64,000 bases of DNA from a virus: positions 87,445 through 151,444 of IMG/VR virus record IMGVR_UViG_3300045988_105165; one strand, 5' to 3'. The notes beneath the pieces are model-generated. The model did no database searches. It was not told the origin of the DNA and worked only from the letters and a program-made list of their open reading frames with translations. Shown here piece after piece: positions 59,837 to 64,000 of this stretch. The position numbers and the translations under genes are program-made. Every line of letters begins with the position of its first letter. Position 1 is the stretch's first letter.

Positions 59837-60151
59837 CTATTCTAATTCTTTTATAATATCTTTCACAATATTCAGCCTTACCTCCTTCGTTTCTGGACTA
59901 AGACAACCAAACCACCCATAAAACGTTCTTGTTTCCTCTGGTTCTGTGGCCATACTTATCTTCTCCTCCAATTCCGGGAAATATATTCTCACCATTTCGT
60001 CTGAACGAAACTCATAGATATTTTTATGTGTTTTGAAATACATAAACACTACATTTCTTAACGCAACACATATGTATTCCCCATCCTCTAACCTATCAAT
60101 CATCTCATATACCTTTTTCCATATGAATAATCGCTCTTCTTTTGTAAACAT
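59837..60151 (-). CDS. hypothetical protein (104 aa)
   Basis: Co-directional ORF. Confidence 0.45.
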   Translation of the reverse strand: MFTKEERLFIWKKVYEMIDRLEDGEYICVALRNVVFMYFKTHKNIYEFRSDEMVRIYFPELEEKISMATEPEETRTFYGWFGCLSPETKEVRLNIVKDIIKELE

Positions 60152-60159
60152 ATCTTTCT

Positions 60160-60507
60160 TTATTTTTGTGGTATTATTTGACTGTACGCAGACTTTTCCA
60201 TGTACACAATACTATGTTCCTGTCCAAGTATTTTCTTTGCTGCTTCTTTCTTTATCGCGCAATATCTCCCTGTACGATACGGATTCTTTTGATCTGATCC
60301 ATCCTCAACTTCGATAATAAAACAACCTCCGTCATCTATTATCTTTTTGCAATTGTCACATATTTCGCCCGTGCATATATGATGCGGCGCCTGTCCTTTG
60401 ATATTATTTCCTAATAAAGCAATCCCCATCTCTTCACCGCATACTATACATATTTCTATGGATGGATTAACTCCATACTCTGGGTGTAATACAATTCCGT
60501 CTTTCAT
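60160..60507 (-). CDS. Cys-rich protein (CIVCGEE..HHICTGEICDNC). The true start is probably the ATG at 60507, not 60618
   Basis: The track ORF extends through the tRNA-like element. The internal ATG (MKDG) is preceded by the strong SD AAGGAGGAAAG. Confidence 0.5.
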   Translation of the reverse strand: MKDGIVLHPEYGVNPSIEICIVCGEEMGIALLGNNIKGQAPHHICTGEICDNCKKIIDDGGCFIIEVEDGSDQKNPYRTGRYCAIKKEAAKKILGQEHSIVYMEKSAYSQIIPQK

Positions 60508-60535
60508 TTTTCTTTCCTCCTTTATTTTTAATATT

Positions 60536-60566
60536 GTGTGAGATCGTCGGAATCGAACCGACCTGT
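60536..60566 (-). other. tRNA T-arm/acceptor-like element B (GTCGG-TTCGATT-CCGAC plus GATCTCA)
   Basis: Perfect 5-bp stem with a G53-C61-like closing pair and a canonical T-loop TTCGATT. No matching 5' acceptor or anticodon arm found within 100 nt. Confidence 0.3.
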
Positions 60567-60662
60567 TGCACCATGAATCCCATAAAGCAAATGCTCCGAT
60601 CTTCGCAGACGGGAGCACTCTGTCTAAAGCATAAGAAAATTAATGAAGAAAATTCTTCTCAC

Positions 60663-60743
60663 GCCATAGCGTCTAAAATAGATATCAATACCATTTCAAT
60701 AACGAGCATGATAGAAAATATCTTAAATGTCTTTTTCATATCG
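60663..60743 (-). CDS. possible 26-aa hydrophobic micro-protein (MKKTFKIFSIMLVIEMVLISILDAMA)
   Basis: Not in track (under 60 aa). Strong SD AAGGAGGAG 7 nt upstream of the ATG. Confidence 0.25.
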
Positions 60744-60845
60744 CTATCTCCTCCTTTTTATTTTCACGTTCCACAATAAACTGTTCCGGCTCCGCTCCGA
60801 CCTACGTCCTGCCCGACAACCGCAGGCCTTAGCCCAAGGCGCCGC

Positions 60846-61106
60846 CTACTCCCCCTCTATGGCAGCCTGTTCGTACCTACAACACCAGTCTCTATCTATA
60901 CAACTATTGCTATGTGATAACAAACATTTATCCTTATAACAATCATAAAAAATACACCTATCACAACTGTAATCCTTAACTTCTGCACAGCTAACTACCT
61001 TAGCATATACTATACCATCACTACCTTCTATTCCTTTCACCCCAAAAATAGAACCTTCTCTCTCCTTACTCAAATCTAAGTCAGGCGCAAAGTCATATAC
61101 GTTCAT
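60846..61106 (-). CDS. Cys-rich protein (86 aa)
   Basis: Co-directional ORF. AACAATTAAA motif about 10 nt upstream of the ATG. GC-rich hairpins on the 3' side. Confidence 0.45.
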   Translation of the reverse strand: MNVYDFAPDLDLSKEREGSIFGVKGIEGSDGIVYAKVVSCAEVKDYSCDRCIFYDCYKDKCLLSHSNSCIDRDWCCRYEQAAIEGE

Positions 61107-61188
61107 GTTGTTTATGTTTTAATTGTTATACATTCCGATTGAAAAAAAAATACTCACATAATGCAGTCCTTAACTCTTACCTACAGAA

Positions 61189-61372
61189 TACTGTTTTAAA
61201 AACGCTGTAAGTCTTAATTTTGTTGGAAAATCCTATACAATGCTGTTTTAAAACGTTGATCTGTTGAATTTTGTTGGTAGAAACTACAAAATGCTGTTTT
61301 AAAACGCTGTAAGTCTTAATTTTAAACGCTGTAAGTCTTAATTTTAAACGCTGTAAGTCTTAATTTTATTGG
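61189..61372. repeat. iteron-like tandem direct repeats: three 37-nt units at 52-nt spacing (TGCTGTTTTAAAACGCTGTAAGTCTTAATTTTGTTGG), the last with a 22-nt sub-unit AAACGCTGTAAGTCTTAATTTT in triplicate
   Basis: Read directly: units begin at 61189, 61241 and 61292. The sub-unit is repeated at 61300-61365. Confidence 0.7.
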
Positions 61373-61380
61373 AAGAGAGT

Positions 61381-61415
61381 GCCCTCCCTCTCCCCCTCTC
61401 CCCCTCTCCAACCCC
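61381..61415. repeat. polypyrimidine tract CCCTCCCTCTCCCCCTCTCCCCCTCTCCAACCCC
   Basis: Read directly. Followed by a CGCTCTC..GAGAGCG inverted repeat. Confidence 0.6.
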
Positions 61416-61568
61416 GGCTAATCCTCCGGCTTTCCGCATAGAACCTGCGCTCTCGGCCTCACTACAGGCATACGGAGAGCGTTACAAGCTTATACTATGG
61501 CATGGGATATGGGGTGTTTAGAGATAATATCATTCCATAGAGAGAATAGAGAGCCTTCAGCCCACGCC

Positions 61569-61754
61569 CTACCGTCTGCTCCTCCTATCCAGATAGATAT
61601 TTAAGCCTATAATCAAAGCCAATAAAGAAAAGCAAAAGACCATTACAATATTATACTGATCCGGTCCGTACTCCAACATAGAGCGAATACCAACCGACAG
61701 AAAATAAAGATCAGCTACTAATAAAAACCACCACATAAAACAAAAAAAATACAA
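61569..61754 (-). CDS. possible small two-TM membrane protein (61 aa)
   Basis: Hydrophobic ORF in an otherwise non-coding region. Uncertain. Confidence 0.25.
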   Translation of the reverse strand: MYFFCFMWWFLLVADLYFLSVGIRSMLEYGPDQYNIVMVFCFSLLALIIGLNIYLDRRSRR

Positions 61755-62107
61755 TAAGTATGTCCGAAAATACGGGTATTATAAAACATAACTAATTGAT
61801 AATCAAGCATACCTAATTTTTAAGAAAAATACAATAAGCCCAATTTTCAATCCATAGAGACGAAAAAGGCGGCATCCGGCACCCTATTTTGGGTCAGAAA
61901 ACCGCCTAAAGTTTCGTTTTAGACCAATTTTAACGACATGATATAGACAAAATACCGGCATTGTATCCAAACTCTCATATTTTAGTTTCGTTTTAGACCA
62001 ATATAGCTCACATCCGCCGTTCACTCTCAGAATATCCTACCCGTAAATGGAAAGAGTAGGATACAAAAATAGGGCTGCTCCGATATTCGGAACAACCCTA
62101 TCCCTAT

Positions 62108-62365
62108 TTAAATACTGTTTATGTTTTCCTTCACGTATGTTCGTGATGTATGGACTTTGCGTTTGCATTTGTCCTTTCCTGTATCGGCATGATACGCTTC
62201 TTTGAGATCACGATACAACATAAATTCACGATACGCTCTTTTTCGCTTTTCTTTAGCTTCTTTCCTGGACAGACCGCGGACGTCTACCATATGAGATTTA
62301 AATTTCCTTTCCATGTTATTATATTGTTTATAATTTAGAGGTTGCTCCGGAATCGAACCGGACAC
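62108..62365 (-). CDS. small basic protein (85 aa, Lys/Arg-rich), candidate nucleic-acid-binding
   Basis: KRKRAYREF..KDKCKRKVHTSR. Lies between the iterons and the structured GC-rich region. Confidence 0.4.
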   Translation of the reverse strand: MSGSIPEQPLNYKQYNNMERKFKSHMVDVRGLSRKEAKEKRKRAYREFMLYRDLKEAYHADTGKDKCKRKVHTSRTYVKENINSI

Positions 62366-62372
62366 GCATTCC
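62338..62372 (-). other. tRNA T-arm/acceptor-like element C (TCCGG-TTCGATT-CCGGA plus GCAACC)
   Basis: Perfect 5-bp stem with a canonical T-loop. The upstream sequence does not complete a cloverleaf; the best arrangement gives only about 61 nt. Confidence 0.3.
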
Positions 62373-62399
62373 TATCCTATAGAGATTTTATGCTACAAC

Positions 62400-62895
62400 C
62401 AACAGCCCGTAATTAGTACGTAGTTCTTGCGTACAGGCTCGTACTATGTTGTTATTATATTTTCCGTCTGCTACACTATTTCGCCACACATAACGGCATA
62501 GTGTCCTTGCGTTTTGATACGGCACGTCCCTACATGGTAGGCTACATGCTTGTACCCTGTAATTTAATCTACAGCCTTGTTCTATTTTTCGTGTAAGCAA
62601 GTAAGACACGTTTCGATCTGGAGATAAACCTCGTACAACGGCATGTTTTCCAAACTGTAATCACATACCTAACATAAACCATACCTATTCGGATAGTCCA
62701 TGCAGTAATACCAGCCCTTTAATTGCCAACGGCAAGGGCAACGGTATATCTATCTCCAATATGTAAAATAACTCTCTGTTTTGTCAGCTTCAGTCTAAAG
62801 CATACGCGGGACGTGCACCCACTGACAACGGCGTACAAGCGCGTTTAACGGTACGCGTCAAACCTTTGGAGAGCTTAACGGCGCTCTCCGTGCCT
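62400..62895. other. GC-rich, highly structured non-coding region with seven YAACGGY repeats and several hairpins; candidate large ncRNA or replication origin element
   Basis: Hairpins ACACTAT..ATAGTGT, CGTGT..ACACG, TTGCC-AAC-GGCAA, CGCGT-TTAACGGT-ACGCG and GGAGAGC-TTAACGGC-GCTCTCC, the last two sharing a loop. Long-range complement GGCACGTCCC (62521) / GGGACGTGC (62808). ORF 62388..62609 is judged spurious. Confidence 0.4.
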
Positions 62896-62897
62896 TG

Positions 62898-63443
62898 TTA
62901 CTGCTGGTTGCTTTCATGTGCGAGGTATTCACTTACACACTTTGCCACAGTGCGAATAGAATAAGATTTGATCTTAACAGCCACATAAGTAGCTTTATAC
63001 TCGTCGTTTTCTTTTATCAACCATTTAGTGCTTTTTTTGGTCTCCAATGATTCGGCAGTAGTAAAACCAAATGATTTATATTCGCTACCGTAAACCACAT
63101 TATCAGCGCACCAATCAGCCGTTTTAGCCTCAACGCCTTTCTCTTTGTCTGCATTGGTATCCTTATACACTTTAGAGTATAAAGCAAATTTAACAAATGT
63201 ATCGTCAACTTTCGGTAACATTTGGCTACACACAGCTACCAGGCGTTTTTTATCCTTGGCGAGGGCTGCTACCTTTACAGCGTATTCTGCTGGTATTTCC
63301 AAAGCCTTGCAAATAGCCTTTAGATCAGCTCCATTAGCAAATAGAGCGTTGTACAGTTTAACAGCACCTACCAAATTTGCAGCATTTTCTTTAATAACAG
63401 CATTCTGTAGTTTGTTTACATTTTTTTTCGTAATCATATCCAA
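62898..63443 (-). CDS. hypothetical protein (181 aa, Ala/Lys-rich)
   Basis: Co-directional ORF. AACAATTAAA motif about 13 nt upstream of the start. Confidence 0.5.
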   Translation of the reverse strand: MDMITKKNVNKLQNAVIKENAANLVGAVKLYNALFANGADLKAICKALEIPAEYAVKVAALAKDKKRLVAVCSQMLPKVDDTFVKFALYSKVYKDTNADKEKGVEAKTADWCADNVVYGSEYKSFGFTTAESLETKKSTKWLIKENDEYKATYVAVKIKSYSIRTVAKCVSEYLAHESNQQ

Positions 63444-63659
63444 TATATTTTAATTGTTAAACAAATGATATTCAATTTAATGACCCACAACGCAGGCAAT
63501 TACAGATACATATATAATTCACCCAACGGGTACACTATATAGATTCACTATGTTAACTCGTAATCTCTCTCGATCACGACGCAAATATACGACATTTATC
63601 AATACTACAAATATATATGCTATCTTTTTTTTGTTAACTTGTATTAATTTCGATTCTAT

Positions 63660-63815
63660 CATCTGATTATCAGCAATTTACAAAACACACAAGAGCGGTA
63701 TTATACGCGTACATTAATATGTAGGATATATGCTTATTTAAGTGGCTTATAATCAATATGTTATAATAATACATTGATTATCAATAATTTAAATAAACTG
63801 TTGATAATCAGCGAG
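63660..63815. promoter_or_regulatory. AT-rich region with three DnaA-box-like 9-mers (TTATCAGCA, TTATCAATA, TTATCAACA on the opposite strand)
   Basis: Read directly at about 63666, 63777 and 63800. Each differs by 1-2 nt from the TTATCCACA consensus. Confidence 0.3.
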
Positions 63816-63820
63816 TTTGT

Positions 63821-64000
63821 AGGTTTGAGGTAAAAACGCGTTTCCGGTTTTCCAGCGAAGGGGGTGTGGGGGAGAAAACGCGTTTCGGGGGCGGGAGGTT
63901 CGTGATAGGTACCCCCTCTCTCCCATCACATAAACATCTTTCATATCCCTCATCACACAAACCTTTTTTAGCTTCTCTCCCATCACATAAACATCTTTCA
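63821..64000. repeat. palindrome AAACGCGTTT (two copies) and direct repeat CTCTCCCATCACATAAACATCTTTCA (two copies, 52-nt period), truncated by the window edge
   Basis: Read directly. Repeat copies at 63925-63950 and 63977-64000. Confidence 0.6.

Noticed and set aside
61189-61372. Possible CRISPR array
   Set aside because: Repeats are AT-rich and 37 nt long with 14-nt interspersed segments and an internal triplicated sub-unit. There is no regular repeat-spacer periodicity and no cas genes, so this fits iterons better.
59684-62372. Complete tRNA genes
   Set aside because: Only T-arm plus acceptor-like 3' portions could be folded. No D-arm, anticodon arm or complementary 5' acceptor was found, so they are kept as tRNA-like elements pending tRNAscan-SE.
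62388-62609. 73-aa minus-strand ORF
   Set aside because: Lies wholly within the GC-rich hairpin-dense region, and the sequence reads as structured RNA rather than protein.
1-64000. Integrase, attP or lysogeny module, and DGR reverse transcriptase
   Set aside because: No tyrosine or serine recombinase signatures and no YxDD RT motif seen in any ORF. The antirepressor alone does not establish temperance.

Overview
The window looks like a 64-kb piece of a large dsDNA phage or prophage genome from an AT-rich host. Most gene starts lack a Shine-Dalgarno sequence, and several have TAnnTTTG-type -7 promoter boxes, which points to a Bacteroidota host. That host inference is weak. The left 26 kb is a plus-strand block. 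It holds a 5'-partial virion-type gene, a 2213-aa giant ORF translationally coupled to it, a 752-aa ORF, a Bro-N/KilA-C antirepressor, a run of small genes (one with a DUF2829/Tad2-like C-terminal domain) and a second giant ORF of 2137 aa. The two giant ORFs resemble the huge ejected or internal virion proteins of crAss-like and N4-like podoviruses, but I found no catalytic RNAP motif. A bidirectional hairpin terminator at about 26.39-26.43 kb marks a convergent strand switch. From 26.46 to about 61.1 kb everything is on the minus strand, in a densely packed replication/recombination/accessory module with many 4-nt ATGA overlaps. This module holds an SF2 helicase, a DnaB-like helicase, a zinc-ribbon/TOPRIM-like primase, two PD-(D/E)XK nucleases (one Cas4-like with Fe-S cysteines), a MazG-like nucleotide pyrophosphohydrolase-like protein, an ABC/OLD-like P-loop ATPase cassette and a lipobox lipoprotein. 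It also carries an unexpected flotillin (SPFH) - NfeD/YqiJ-like - acyl carrier protein operon. The right end (59.6-64 kb) is largely non-coding. It contains GC-rich structured islands, three tRNA T-arm/acceptor-like hairpins that do not fold into complete canonical tRNAs by hand, iteron-like tandem repeats, a roughly 500-nt GC-rich structured region with seven YAACGGY repeats, DnaA-box-like sequences in an AT-rich stretch, and tandem repeats running off the window edge. Two short sequence motifs recur near gene boundaries: a GGTATATAATTACC dyad (4 copies) and AACAATTAAA (6 copies, 10-15 nt upstream of ATGs). I did not identify any capsid, portal, terminase, DNA polymerase, integrase, CRISPR array or reverse transcriptase. 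All functional calls rest on motif-level reading by eye and need HMM or BLAST confirmation.
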